Assembly: GCA_032718475.1 (NCBI GenBank) | Contig: JAUCBJ010007751.1 | Span: 1 to 64,000, forward strand | Origin: Nemertoderma westbladi | Taxonomy: Eukaryota; Animalia; Xenacoelomorpha | DNA length: 64,000 nt | Reading direction: 5' to 3' | Shown: positions 1 to 15,600 of the stretch, in pieces | Layout of the letters: each line of letters begins with the position of its first letter | Position numbering within the stretch: the stretch's first letter is position 1 | The notes under the pieces: model-generated | Databases searched by the model: none | Seen by the model: the letters and a program-made list of their open reading frames with translations, nothing else | Told to the model about the DNA's origin: nothing | Made by a program: the position numbers and the translations under genes

Positions 1-837
1 GGTGGTGGAAGAAATTTTAAAATAGTAATGGTGATGGATTTAAGTATAATAATCAAATTTGTCGGTATAATGATAATATTATAAATACAATAACCTTACT
101 TCGCCGTAGCTCGCCCCACAACTCATTAATGGCGCCCATATGCTAAGGCTTCACTCGCTTCATGGCTCGCCCCATTTTTTCAATGTTGGAAAGGAATGAA
201 GGGGACGTCGGGTGATGGTGGTAGTGGTAATGATGTTGTGGATGAGGAAGAACTCACTTCACGGCTCGCCCCCATAAGTCTGTGTTTATTTACCTTTTTT
301 AGTTGTTGCGTCATAACCTTACTTCTAAATAAATTGGAGATGAGCTGTTGCAACTGTAATTAAAAGTGTAATATTATGGGTTTGCCCACTTTACCTATTG
401 CGGTTCAAGGTCAAACGCCGACCGGTAGACACGAATTAATTAAATTACTTCCGTCTGTGGACTGGCCTTATACCTCATATGTCGCATATACACAGTGGTG
501 ACATATGTTACATATGCACAATGGTAACCATAGTAACCATGGCGGGGTCAAGAATGGTAACCATGGTAACCATAGTAAGTGGGTGGGGCAACAATAGTAA
601 TCATAGTAAGTAGGCGGGGCACGCCTGCAAACTGGTCTTATACCGTGTATGTCACATATATACACAGCGGTAACATATGTTACATATGCACAATGGTAAC
701 CATGGTAACCATAGTAAGTGGGTGGGGCAACAATAGTAATCATAGTAAGTAGGCGGGGCAAGAGCCGTTCGGCAAATTCTTTAACATGGTAGACTATGGC
801 AGACGCTGTCTCAATCACGTTGTTTAGCATACTACTG

Positions 838-3800
838 ACAACTCTACTACCTAACGTAAAACCCAACCAAGGACAACTCTACTACCCAACGTAAAACCCA
901 ACCAAGGACAACTCTACTACCCAACGTAAAACCCAACCAAGGACAACTCTACTACCCAACGTAAAACCCAACCAAGGACAACTCTACTACCCAACGTAAA
1001 ACCCAACCAAGGACAACTCTACTACCCAACGTAAAACCCAACCAAGGACAACTCTACTACCCAACGTAAAACCCAACCAAGGAGAACTCTACTACCCAAC
1101 GTAAAACCCAACCAAGGACAACTCTACTACCCAACGTAAAACCCAACCAAGGACAACTCTACTACCCAACGTACAACCCAACCAAGGACAACTCTACTAC
1201 CCAACGTAAAACCCAACCAAGGACAACTCTACTACCCAACGTAAAATCCAACCAAGGATAACTCTACTACCCAACGTAAAACCCAACCAAGGAGAACTCT
1301 ACTACCCAACGTAAAACCCAACCAAGGACAACTCTACTACCCAACGTAAAACCCAACCAAGGACAACTCTACTACCCAACGTACAACCCAACCAAGGACA
1401 ACTCTACTACCCAACGTAAAACCCAACCAAGGACAACTCTACTACCCAACGTAAAACCCAACCAAGGACAACTCTACTACCCAACGTAAAACCCAACCAA
1501 GGAGAACTCTACTACCCAACGTAAAACCCAACCAAGGACAACTCTACTACCCAACGTAAAACCCAACCAAGGACAACTCTACTACCCAACGTAAAACCCA
1601 ACCAAGGACAACTCTACTACCCAACGTAAAACCCAACCAAGGACAACACTACCACCCAACGTAAAACCCAACCAAGGACAACTCTACTACCCAACGTAAA
1701 ACCCAACCAAGGACAACTCTACTACCCAACGTAAAACCCAACCAAGGACAACTCTACTACCCAACGTAAAACCCAACCAAGGACAACTCTACTACCCAAC
1801 GTAAAACCCAACCAAGGACAACTCTACTACCCAACGTAAAACCCAACCAAGGACAACTCTACTACCCAACGTAAAACCCAACCAAGGACAACTCTACTAC
1901 CCAACGTAAAACCCAACCAAGGACAACTCTACTACCCAACGTAAAACCCAACCAAGGACAACTCTACTACCCAACGTAAAACCCAACCAAGGACAACTCT
2001 ACTACCCAACGTAAAACCCAACCAAGGACAACTCTACTACCCAACGTAAAACCCAACCAAGGACAACTCTACTACCCAACGTAAAACCCAACCAAGGACA
2101 ACTCTACTACCCAACGTAAAACCCAACCAAGGACAACTCTACTACCCAACGTAAAACCCAACCAAGGACAACTCTACTACCCAACGTAAAACCCAACCAA
2201 GGACAACTCTACTACCCAATGTAAAACCCAACCAAGGACAACTCTACTACCCAACGTAAAACCCAACCAAGGAGAACTCTACTACCCAACGTAAAACCCA
2301 ACCAAGGACAACTCTACTACCCAACGTAAAACCCAACCAAGGACAACTCTACTACCCAACGTAAAACCCAACCAAGGACAACTCTACTACCCAACGTAAA
2401 ACCCAACCAAGGAGAACTCTACTACCCAACATAAAACCCAACCAAGGACAACTCTACTACCCAACGTAAAACCCAACCAAGGACAACTCTACTACCCAAC
2501 GTAAAACCCAACCAAGGACAACTCTACTACCCAACGTAAAACCCAACCAAGGACAACTCTACTACCCAACGTAAAACCCAACCAAGGACAACTCTACTAC
2601 CCAACGTAAAACCCAACCAAGGAGAACTCTACTACCCAACGTAAAACCCAACCAAGGACAACTCTACTACCCAACGTAAAACCCAACCAAGGACAACTCT
2701 ACTACCCAACGTACAACCCAACCAAGGACAACTCTACTACCCAACGTAAAACCCAACCAAGGACAACTCTACTACCCAACGTAAAACCCAACCAAGGACA
2801 ACTCTACTACCCAACGTAAAACCCAACCAAGGAGAACTCTACTACCCAACGTAAAACCCAACCAAGGACAACTCTACTACCCAACGTAAAACCCAACCAA
2901 GGACAACTCTACTACCCAACATAAAACCCAACCAAGGACAACTCTACTACCCAACGTAAAACCCAACCAAGGACAACACTACCACCCAACGTAAAACCCA
3001 ACCAAGGACAACTCTACTACCCAACGTAAAACCCAACCAAGGACAACTCTACTACCCAACGTAAAACCCAACCAAGGACAACTCTACTACCCAACGTAAA
3101 ACCCAACCAAGGACAACTCTACTACCCAACGTAAAACCCCACCAAGGACAACTCTACTACCCAACGTAAAACCCAACCAAGGACAACTCTACTACCCAAC
3201 GTAAAACCCAACCAAGGACAACTCTACTACCCAACGTAAAACCCAACCAAGGACAACTCTACTACCCAACGTAAAACCCAACCAAGGAGAACTCTACTAC
3301 CCAACGTAAAACCCAACCAAGGACAACTCTACTACCCAACGTAAAACCCAACCAAGGACAACTCTACTACCCAACGTACAACCCAACCAAGGACAACTCT
3401 ACTACCCAACGTAAAACCCAACCAAGGACAACTCTACTACCCAACATAAAACCCAACCAAGGACAACTCTACTACCCAACGTAAAACCCAACCAAGGACA
3501 ACTCTACTACCCAACGTAAAACCCAACCAAGGACAACTCTACTACCCAACGTAAAACCCAACCAAGGACAACTCTACTACCCAACGTAAAACCCAACCAA
3601 GGACAACTCTACTACCCAACGTAAAACCCAACCAAGGACAACTCTACTACCCAACGTAAAACCCAACCAAGGAGAACTCTACTACCCAACGTAAAACCCA
3701 ACCAAGGACAACTCTACTACCCAACGTAAAACCCAACCAAGGACAACTCTACTACCCAACGTACAACCCAACCAAGGACAACTCTACTACCCAACGTAAA

Positions 3801-6800
3801 ACCCAACCAAGGACAACTCTACTACCCAACGTAAAACCCAACCAAGGACAACTCTACTACCCAACGTAAAACCCAACCAAGGACAACTCTACTACCCAAC
3901 GTAAAACCCAACCAAGGACAACTCTACTACCCAACGTAAAACCCAACCAAGGACAACTCTACTACCCAACGTAAAACCCAACCAAGGACAACTCTACTAC
4001 CCAACGTAAAACCCAACCAAGGACAACTCTACTACCCAACGTAAAACCCAACCAAGGACAACTCTACTACCCAACGTAAAACCCAACCAAGGAGAACTCT
4101 ACTACCCAACGTAAAACCCAACCAAGGACAACTCTACTACCCAACGTAAAACCCAACCAAGGACAACTCTACTACCCAACGTAAAACCCAACCAAGGACA
4201 ACTCTACTACCCAACGTAAAACCCAACCAAGGACAACTCTACTACCCAACGTAAAACCCAACCAAGGACAACTCTACTACCCAACGTAAAACCCAACCAA
4301 GGACAACTCTACTACCCAACGTAAAACCCAACCAAGGACAACTCTACTACCCAACGTAAAACCCAACCAAGGACAACTCTACTACCCAACGTAAAACCCA
4401 ACCAAGGACAACTCTACTACCCAACGTAAAACCCAACCAAGGACAACTCTACTACCCAACGTAAAACCCAACCAAGGACAACTCTACTACCCAACGTAAA
4501 ACCCAACCAAGGACAACTCTACTACCCAACGTAAAACCCAACCAAGGACAACTCTACTACCCAACGTAAAACCCAACCAAGGACAACTCTACTACCCAAC
4601 GTAAAACCCAACCAAGGACAACTCTACTACCCAACGTAAAACCCAACCAAGGACAACTCTACTACCCAACGTAAAACCCAACCAAGGACAACTCTACTAC
4701 CCAACGTACAACCCAACCAAGGACAACTCTACTACCCAACGTAAAACCCAACCAAGGACAACTCTACTACCCAACGTAAAACCCAACCAAGGACAACTCT
4801 ACTACCCAACGTAAAACCCAACCAAGGAGAACTCTACTACCCAACGTAAAACCCAACCAAGGACAACTCTACTACCCAACGTAAAACCCAACCAAGGACA
4901 ACTCTACTACCCAACGTAAAACCCAACCAAGGACAACTCTACTACCCAACGTAAAACCCAACCAAGGACAACACTACCACCCAACGTAAAACCCAACCAA
5001 GGACAACTCTACTACCCAACGTAAAACCCAACCAAGGACAACTCTACTACCCAACGTAAAACCCAACCAAGGACAACTCTACTACCCAACGTAAAACCCA
5101 ACCAAGGACAACTCTACTACCCAACGTAAAACCCAACCAAGGACAACTCTACTACCCAACGTAAAACCCAACCAAGGACAACTCTACTACCCAACGTAAA
5201 ACCCAACCAAGGACAACTCTACTACCCAACGTAAAACCCAACCAAGGACAACTCTACTACCCAACGTAAAACCCAACCAAGGACAACTCTACTACCCAAC
5301 GTAAAACCCAACCAAGGACAACTCTACTACCCAACGTAAAACCCAACCAAGGACAACTCTACTACCCAACGTAAAACCCAACCAAGGACAACTCTACTAC
5401 CCAACGTAAAACCCAACCAAGGACAACTCTACTACCCAACGTAAAACCCAACCAAGGACAACTCTACTACCCAACGTAAAACCCAACCAAGGACAACTCT
5501 ACTACCCAACGTAAAACCCAACCAAGGACAACTCTACTACCCAACGTAAAACCCAACCAAGGACAACTCTACTACCCAACGTAAAACCCAACCAAGGACA
5601 ACTCTACTACCCAACGTAAAACCCAACCAAGGACAACTCTACTACCCAACGTAAAACCCAACCAAGGACAACTCTACTACCCAACGTAAAACCCAACCAA
5701 GGACAACTCTACTACCCAACGTAAAACCCAACCAAGGACAACTCTACTACCCAACGTAAAACCCAACCAAGGACAACTCTACTACCCAACGTAAAACCCA
5801 ACCAAGGACAACTCTACTACCCAACGTAAAACCCAACCAAGGACAACTCTACTACCCAACGTAAAACCCAACCAAGGACAACTCTACTACCCAACGTAAA
5901 ACCCAACCAAGGAGAACTCTACTACCCAACGTAAAACCCAACCAAGGACAACTCTACTACCCAACGTAAAACCCAACCAAGGACAACTCTACTACCCAAC
6001 GTAAAACCCAACCAAGGACAACTCTACTACCCAACGTAAAACCCAACCAAGGACAACTCTACTACCCAACGTAAAACCCAACCAAGGACAACTCTACTAC
6101 CCAACGTAAAACCCAACCAAGGACAACTCTACTACCCAACGTAAAACCCAACCAAGGACAACTCTACTACCCAACGTAAAACCCAACCAAGGACAACTCT
6201 ACTACCCAACGTAAAACCCAACCAAGGACAACTCTACTACCCAACGTAAAACCCAACCAAGGACAACTCTACTACCCAACGTAAAACCCAACCAAGGACA
6301 ACTCTACTACCCAACGTAAAACCCAACCAAGGACAACTCTACTACCCAACGTAAAACCCAACCAAGGACAACTCTACTACCCAACGTAAAACCCAACCAA
6401 GGACAACTCTACTACCCAACGTAAAACCCAACCAAGGACAACTCTACTACCCAACGTAAAACCCAACCAAGGACAACTCTACTACCCAACGTAAAACCCA
6501 ACCAAGGACAACTCTACTACCCAACGTAAAACCCAACCAAGGACAACTCTACTACCCAACGTAAAACCCAACCAAGGACAACTCTACTACCCAACGTAAA
6601 ACCCAACCAAGGACAACTCTACTACCCAACGTAAAACCCAACCAAGGACAACTCTACTACCCAACGTAAAACCCAACCAAGGACAACTCTACTACCCAAC
6701 GTAAAACCCAACCAAGGACAACTCTACTACCCAACGTAAAACCCAACCAAGGACAACTCTACTACCCAACGTAAAACCCAACCAAGGACAACTCTACTAC

Positions 6801-9800
6801 CCAACGTAAAACCCAACCAAGGACAACTCTACTACCCAACGTAAAACCCAACCAAGGACAACTCTACTACCCAACGTAAAACCCAACCAAGGACAACTCT
6901 ACTACCCAACGTAAAACCCAACCAAGGACAACTCTACTACCCAACGTAAAACCCAACCAAGGACAACTCTACTACCCAACGTAAAACCCAACCAAGGACA
7001 ACTCTACTACCCAACGTAAAACCCAACCAAGGACAACTCTACTACCCAACGTAAAACCCAACCAAGGACAACTCTACTACCCAACGTAAAACCCAACCAA
7101 GGACAACTCTACTACCCAACGTAAAACCCAACCAAGGACAACTCTACTACCCAACGTAAAACCCAACCAAGGACAACTCTACTACCCAACGTAAAACCCA
7201 ACCAAGGACAACTCTACTACCCAACGTAAAACCCAACCAAGGACAACTCTACTACCCAACGTAAAACCCAACCAAGGACAACTCTACTACCCAACGTAAA
7301 ACCCAACCAAGGACAACTCTACTACCCAACGTAAAACCCAACCAAGGACAACTCTACTACCCAACGTAAAACCCAACCAAGGACAACTCTACTACCCAAC
7401 GTAAAACCCAACCAAGGACAACTCTACTACCCAACGTAAAACCCAACCAAGGACAACTCTACTACCCAACGTAAAACCCAACCAAGGACAACTCTACTAC
7501 CCAACGTAAAACCCAACCAAGGACAACTCTACTACCCAACGTAAAACCCAACCAAGGACAACTCTACTACCCAACGTAAAACCCAACCAAGGACAACTCT
7601 ACTACCCAACGTAAAACCCAACCAAGGACAACTCTACTACCCAACGTAAAACCCAACCAAGGACAACTCTACTACCCAACGTAAAACCCAACCAAGGACA
7701 ACTCTACTACCCAACGTAAAACCCAACCAAGGACAACTCTACTACCCAACGTAAAACCCAACCAAGGACAACTCTACTACCCAACGTAAAACCCAACCAA
7801 GGACAACTCTACTACCCAACGTAAAACCCAACCAAGGACAACTCTACTACCCAACGTAAAACCCAACCAAGGACAACTCTACTACCCAACGTAAAACCCA
7901 ACCAAGGACAACTCTACTACCCAACGTAAAACCCAACCAAGGACAACTCTACTACCCAACGTAAAACCCAACCAAGGACAACTCTACTACCCAACGTAAA
8001 ACCCAACCAAGGACAACTCTACTACCCAACGTAAAACCCAACCAAGGACAACTCTACTACCCAACGTAAAACCCAACCAAGGACAACTCTACTACCCAAC
8101 GTAAAACCCAACCAAGGACAACTCTACTACCCAACGTAAAACCCAACCAAGGACAACTCTACTACCCAACGTAAAACCCAACCAAGGACAACTCTACTAC
8201 CCAACGTAAAACCCAACCAAGGACAACTCTACTACCCAACGTAAAACCCAACCAAGGACAACTCTACTACCCAACGTAAAACCCAACCAAGGACAACTCT
8301 ACTACCCAACGTAAAACCCAACCAAGGACAACTCTACTACCCAACGTAAAACCCAACCAAGGACAACTCTACTACCCAACGTAAAACCCAACCAAGGACA
8401 ACTCTACTACCCAACGTAAAACCCAACCAAGGACAACTCTACTACCCAACGTAAAACCCAACCAAGGACAACTCTACTACCCAACGTAAAACCCAACCAA
8501 GGACAACTCTACTACCCAACGTAAAACCCAACCAAGGACAACTCTACTACCCAACGTAAAACCCAACCAAGGACAACTCTACTACCCAACGTAAAACCCA
8601 ACCAAGGACAACTCTACTACCCAACGTAAAACCCAACCAAGGACAACTCTACTACCCAACGTAAAACCCAACCAAGGACAACTCTACTACCCAACGTAAA
8701 ACCCAACCAAGGACAACTCTACTACCCAACGTAAAACCCAACCAAGGACAACTCTACTACCCAACGTACAACCCAACCAAGGACAACTCTACTACCCAAC
8801 GTAAAACCCAACCAAGGACAACTCTACTACCCAACATAAAACCCAACCAAGGACAACTCTACTACCCAACGTAAAACCCAACCAAGGACAACTCTACTAC
8901 CCAACGTAAAACCCAACCAAGGACAACTCTACTACCCAACGTAAAACCCAACCAAGGACAACTCTACTACCCAACGTAAAACCCAACCAAGGACAACTCT
9001 ACTACCCAACGTAAAACCCAACCAAGGACAACTCTACTACCCAACATAAAACCCAACCAAGGACAACTCTACTACCCAACGTAAAACCCAACCAAGGACA
9101 ACTCTACTACCCAACGTAAAACCCAACCAAGGACAACTCTACTACCCAACGTAAAACCCAACCAAGGACAACTCTACTACCCAACGTAAAACCCAACAAA
9201 GGACAACTCTACTACCCAACGTAAAACCCAACCAAGGACAACTCTACTACCCAACGTAAAACCCAACCAAGGAGAACTCTACTACCCAACGTAAAACCCA
9301 ACCAAGGACAACTCTACTACCCAACGTAAAACCCAACCAAGGACAACTCTACTACCCAACGTAAAACCCAACCAAGGACAACTCTACTACCCAACGTAAA
9401 ACCCAACCAAGGACAACTCTACTACCCAACATAAAACCCAACCAAGGACAACTCTACTACCCAACGTAAAACCCAACCAAGGACAACTCTACTACCCAAC
9501 GTAAAACCCAACCAAGGACAACTCTACTACCCAACGTAAAACCCAACCAAGGACAACTCTACTACCCAACGTAAAACCCAACCAAGGACAACTCTACTAC
9601 CCAACGTAAAACCCAACCAAGGACAACTCTACTACCCAACGTAAAACCCAACCAAGGAGAACTCTACTACCCAACGTAAAACCCAACCAAGGACAACTCT
9701 ACTACCCAACGTAAAACCCAACCAAGGACAACTCTACTACCCAACGTAAAACCCAACCAAGGACAACTCTACTACCCAACGTAAAACCCAACCAAGGACA

Positions 9801-9824
9801 ACTCTACTACCCAACGTAAAACCC
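838..9824. repeat. 35-bp minisatellite, about 257 copies (ACTCTACTACCCAACGTAAAACCCAACCAAGGACA)
   Basis: Direct tandem repeat with no spacers; period 35 read from the sequence. Confidence 0.98.
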
Positions 9825-10612
9825 ATTAATAACACTCGATTGCGTTATTGTGGATCCGTAAGTAACTTTGGCTACCGCCGTTACTTAATGAAACAAAACA
9901 TTTTCTATAATTCAGTTGAAAATATGAGATGCAGTGACTACGATTTTATGTATATTATACATAATATGTCATGGAATCAAAATAATCGCTGAGATGGGAG
10001 ATGCGTCAAGTCCCCCCCCCCCCCCCTTCCCCCAACCCTGTCTCCTGTATTCGGCCAAAGAATTTTTGAAAAAGTCAGGGAAATTTGAAAACGAATGGAG
10101 TGGCAACCATGGTACCATGCCTGGTAATCAGCATTCCGAACCAAAGAACCCCTCGCATATTCATAAAAAAACTCGACATACTTCAATAAGTTATTGACAT
10201 TTTCACTGTATATGTTCCTTTTCCAGTGTCATCACTTTTACTTTGTGAAAATATCTCCGATTGAGATATGTTACATAATAAGCTAAATGTGCTAATTATC
10301 ACCCTCGCAAATATTGTGTTATGTAGTACGTACAGTACAAAAAATTGAAATTAACTAAAATTAAATACATATATAATTAAATAGTAAAACAATAATAGAC
10401 ATCAGAAACAAAACATTTTTAAGATTTAGAAGAGAAAAATAAAGTTATCGATTCACCTCCATAAATTCAAAATGAAAACAGAATCACATTGACCAATCGG
10501 CGACTAATGTTTAATACTGTGGTTGATTATTTTTATGGTAACTTAATGTTTAAAATCCCAAAAAAAAAACAATATTAAGAGTAAGTAGACTAGCTAATAC
10601 TAAAAGTCGATA

Positions 10613-10853
10613 TCAGATAGTTGTATTTGTAGAGAGTTCCCCTGTGTGCATTGCGTGTCTGTGTCTCATATGTCGCATGAAGCTGTCTTTTCTACCGAAT
10701 GACGCATTACAATACAGACATACACAGACCTTGACTCTCGTGTGGGTGTTTAAATGACGTCGCATATCATTGTTGGATTTGAACCGCCATTTGCACCGCG
10801 GCCAACTGCAAGCAAATCGTTTACGTTCAATCCAAACCGATTCCAATTCAAAA
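10613..10853 (-). CDS. Alternative terminal exon V6: pair of C2H2 zinc fingers
   Basis: Acceptor ttctttgaatatttgcag|T TTT (phase 2). Motif CSWPRC...HLNTH-TRVKVC-VCLYC...HMRHRH. Adds 79 aa. Confidence 0.85.
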
Positions 10854-10940
10854 CTGCAAATATTCAAAGAATAAATTTCACGTGAAAAACAACCACCAAA
10901 ATTGCAACAACGTTAAATAGTAGAAAATCTTTAAATTTTA

Positions 10941-11170
10941 TGTGGGGCGTAGTAAGCGAGCTAGCCAAACGGAGCGTACAACTGTTCAGCAGTTGTCTAT
11001 CGGTCAGTTGGTCTGTCTACCGGTCAGTCGGTCTGTCGGCCTGTAGTTCTGTCTGTCGGCAAAAGTTTGAAGGATAATAACTCAGTCCATCTTTCAAGAA
11101 AGAAAACCAATCTTGGCAGACATTTCTGTGTAGAGTCTGATATCGAATTTGCGTCGTGGGGCCACAGCAG
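10941..11170. mobile_element. Short interspersed repeat family, possibly DINE-1/Helentron-like; related copies near 100-275, 18665-20075, 20089-20390 and 34713-34760
   Basis: Shared GTGGGGCGAGCC / GCCCCAC termini, CTGTC microsatellite and a shared AATAACTCAGTC-like core. Confidence 0.45.
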
Positions 11171-11226
11171 TTCTCCAGTCTTCCGCTGGAGGGCTGGAGG
11201 CACCGATTGATATAGTGGTACCCATA

Positions 11227-12468
11227 GACAAGCTTGCTTACTTCATTCTGCCTAAAGGTCCCACCAACGTGTTTATGGTTTTGGTTGTTACCCGTATGAC
11301 AAGCTTGCTTACTTCATTCTACCTAAAGGTCCCACGAACGTGTTTATGGTTTTGGTTGTTACCTGTATGACAAGCTTGCTTACTTCATTCTACCTAAAGG
11401 TCCCACGAACGTGTTTATGGTTTTGGTTGTTACCGGTATGACAAGCTTGCTTACTTCATTCTACCTAAAGGTCCCACGAACGTGTTTATGGTTTTGGTTG
11501 TTACCCGTATGACAAGGTTGCTTACTTCATTCTACCTAAAGGTCCCACGAACGTGTTTATGGTTTTGGTTGTTACCGGTATGACAAGGTTGCTTACTTCA
11601 TTCTACCTAAAGGTCCCACGAACGTGTTTATGGTTTTGGTTGTTACCTGTATGACAAGCTTGCTTACTTCATTCTACCTAAAGGTCCCACGAACGTGTTT
11701 ATGGTTTTGGTTGTTATCGGTATGACAAGCTTGCTTACTTCATTCTACCTAAAGGTCCCACGAACGTGTTTATGGTTTTGGTTGTTACCGGTATGACAAG
11801 CTTGCTTACTTCATTCTACCTAAAGGTCCCACGAACGTGTTTATGGTTTTGGTTGTTACCCGTATTACAAGGTTGCTTACTTCATTCTACCTAAAGGTCC
11901 CACGAACGTGTTTATGGTTTTGGTTGTTACCGGTATGACAAGCTTGCTTACTTCATTCTACCTAAAGGTCCCACGAACGTGTTTATGGTTTTGGTTGTTA
12001 CCGGTATGACAAGCTTGCTTACTTCATTCTACCTAAAGGTCCCACGAACGTGTTTATGGTTTTGGTTGTTACCGGTATGACAAGCTTGCTTACTTCATTC
12101 TACCTAAAGGTCCCACGAACGTGTTTATGGTTTTGGTTGTTACCGGTATGACAAGCTTGCTTACTTCATTCTACCTAAAGGTCCCACAAACGTGTTTATG
12201 GTTTTGGTTGTTACCCGTATGACAAGCTTGCTTACTTCATTCTACCTAAAGGTCCCACGAACGTGTTTATGGTTTTGGTTGTTACCGGTATGACAAGCTT
12301 GCTTACTTCATTCTACCTAAAGGTCCCACGAACGTGTTTATGGTTTTGGTTGTTATCGGTATGACAAGCTTGCTTACTTCATTCTACCTAAAGGTCCCAC
12401 GAACGTGTTTATGGTTTTGGTTGTTACCCGTATGACAAGCTCGCTTACTTCATTCTAACTAAAGGTCC
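11227..12468. repeat. 71-bp tandem repeat, about 17.5 copies
   Basis: Unit GACAAGCTTGCTTACTTCATTCTACCTAAAGGTCCCACGAACGTGTTTATGGTTTTGGTTGTTACCGGTAT. Confidence 0.97.
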
Positions 12469-12689
12469 CGGTAGTGGTTGATTTAGTTTATTAAGTTTCT
12501 TTATATGTTTCCCAGGAGTTTTTGCTATATCCGATACACAAAGTAGGGAACGTTGTTACATTGCTAATTTTCTCTTTAAAATGGAATCAACATTTTGCCA
12601 AAAATATCACTAAAATATATCTCTCTCATAAAATGTTTTGCTAGCGGTTGCCGGACTGCCTTGGTACAAATGTATCGTTACTTAAGTAC

Positions 12690-15600
12690 TGTTACAGATG
12701 TACAGTTACAGATGTACCATTACAGATGTACCGTTAATATTACAGAAGTACCGTTACCATTACAGATGTACCGTTACCGTTGCAGATGTAGCGTTACAGA
12801 TGTACAGTTACAGATATACCGTTACAGATGTACCATTACCGTTACAGATGTACCATTACAGATGTACCGTTACAGATGTACCGTTATAGATGTACCGTTA
12901 CAGATGTACCGTTACAGATGTACCATTACAGATGTACCGTTACAGATGTACCTTTACAGATGTACCATTACAGATGTACCGTTACCGTTACAGATGTACC
13001 GACCGTTACAGATGTACCGTTACAGATGTACCGTTACAGATGTACCGTTACAGATGTACCGTTACAGATGTACAGTTACAGATGTACCGTTACAGATGTA
13101 CCATTACCGTTACAGATGTACCATTACAGATGTACCGTTACAGATGTACCGTTATAGATGTACCGTTACAGATGTACCGTTACAGATGTACCATTACAGA
13201 TGTACCGTTACAGATGTACCTTTACAGATGTACCATTACAGATGTACCGTTACCGTTACAGATGTACCGACCGTTACAGATGTACCGTTACAGATGTACC
13301 GTTACCGATGTACAGTTACAGATGTACCGCTACAGATGTACCGTTACCGATGTACAGTTACAGATGTACCGTTACAGATGTACCGTTACAGATGTACCGT
13401 TACAGATGTATAGTTACAGATGTACAGTTACAGATGTACCATTGCCGTTACAGATGTACCGTTACAGATGTACCATTACAGATGTACCGTTACAGATGTA
13501 CTGTTACAGATGTACCGTTATAGATATACCGTTACAGATGTACCGTTACAGATGTACAGTTACAGATGTACCATTACAGATGTACCGTTACCATTACAGA
13601 TGTACCGTTACCATTACAGATGTACCGTTACCGTTACAGATGTACCGTTACAGATGTACAGTTACAGATGTACCGTTACAGATGTACCGTTACCATTACA
13701 GATGTACCGTTACCATTACAGATGTACCGTTACCGTTACAGATGTACCGTTACAGATGTACAGTTACATATGTACCATTACAGATGTACCATTACAGATG
13801 TACCGTTACAGATGTACCGTTACAGATGTACCGTTATAGATGTACCGTTACAGATGTACCGTTACAGATGTACCGGTACAGATGTACCGTTACAGATGTA
13901 CCGTTACAGATGTACCGTTACCGTTACAGATGTACCGTTACCGTTATAGATGTACTGTTACCGTTACAGATGTACCGTTACCGTTACAGATGTACCGTTA
14001 CAGATGTACAGTTACATATGTACCATTACAGATGTACCGTTACAGAAGTACCATTACAGATGTACCGTTATAGATGTACCGTTACAGATGTACCGTTACA
14101 GATGTACCGTTACAGATGTACCGTTACAGATGTACCGTTACCATTACAGATGTACCGTTTCCGTTACAGATGTACCGTTACCGTTACAGATGTACCGTTA
14201 CCTTTACAGATGTACCTTTACAGATGTATCTTTACAGATGTACCATTACATATGTACCGTTACAGATGTACCGTTACCGTTACAGATGTACCTTTACAGA
14301 TGTACCTTTACAGATGTACCATTACATATGTACCGTTACAGATGTACCGTTACCGTTACAGATGTACCGTTACCGTTACAGATGTACCGTTACCGTTACA
14401 GATGTACCGTTGTCGTTACAGATGTACCGTTACCGTTACAGATGTACCGTTACCGTTACATATGTACCGTTACCTTTACAGATGTACCTTTACAGATGTA
14501 CCTTTACAGATGTACCATTACATATGTACCGTTACAGATGTACCGTTACCATTACAGATGTACCGTTTCCGTTACAGATGTACCGTTACCGTTACAGATA
14601 TACCGTTACCCTTACAGATGTACCTTTACAGATGTACCTTTAGAGATGTACCATTACATATGTACCGTTACAGATGTACCGTTACCGTTACAGATGTACC
14701 GTTACAGATGTACAGTTACATATGTACCATTACAGATGTACCATTACAGATGTACCGTTACAGATGTACCGTTACAGATGTACCGTTATAGATGTACCGT
14801 TACAGATGTACCGTTACAGATGTACCGGTACAGATGTACCGTTACAGATGTACCGTTACAGATGTACCGTTACCGTTACAGATGTACCGTTACCGTTATA
14901 GATGTACTGTTACCGTTACAGATGTACCGTTACCGTTACAGATGTACCGTTACAGATGTACAGTTACATATGTACCATTACAGATGTACCGTTACAGAAG
15001 TACCATTACAGATGTACCGTTATAGATGTACCGTTACAGATGTACCGTTACAGATGTACCGTTACAGATGTACCGTTACAGATGTACCGTTACCATTACA
15101 GATGTACCGTTTCCGTTACAGATGTACCGTTACCGTTACAGATGTACCGTTACCTTTACAGATGTACCTTTACAGATGTATCTTTACAGATGTACCATTA
15201 CATATGTACCGTTACAGATGTACCGTTACCGTTACAGATGTACCTTTACAGATGTACCTTTACAGATGTACCATTACATATGTACCGTTACAGATGTACC
15301 GTTACCGTTACAGATGTACCGTTACCGTTACAGATGTACCGTTACCGTTACAGATGTACCGTTGTCGTTACAGATGTACCGTTACCGTTACAGATGTACC
15401 GTTACCGTTACATATGTACCGTTACCTTTACAGATGTACCTTTACAGATGTACCTTTACAGATGTACCATTACATATGTACCGTTACAGATGTACCGTTA
15501 CCATTACAGATGTACCGTTTCCGTTACAGATGTACCGTTACCGTTACAGATATACCGTTACCCTTACAGATGTACCTTTACAGATGTACCTTTAGAGATG

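Noticed and set aside
468-866. 132-aa minus-strand ORF
   Set aside because: Starts inside the satellite and runs through a local ~170-bp duplication; no domain or splice support.
838-9824. CRISPR array (35-bp repeat length)
   Set aside because: Units are head-to-tail with no unique spacers, there are no cas genes, and the context is eukaryotic.
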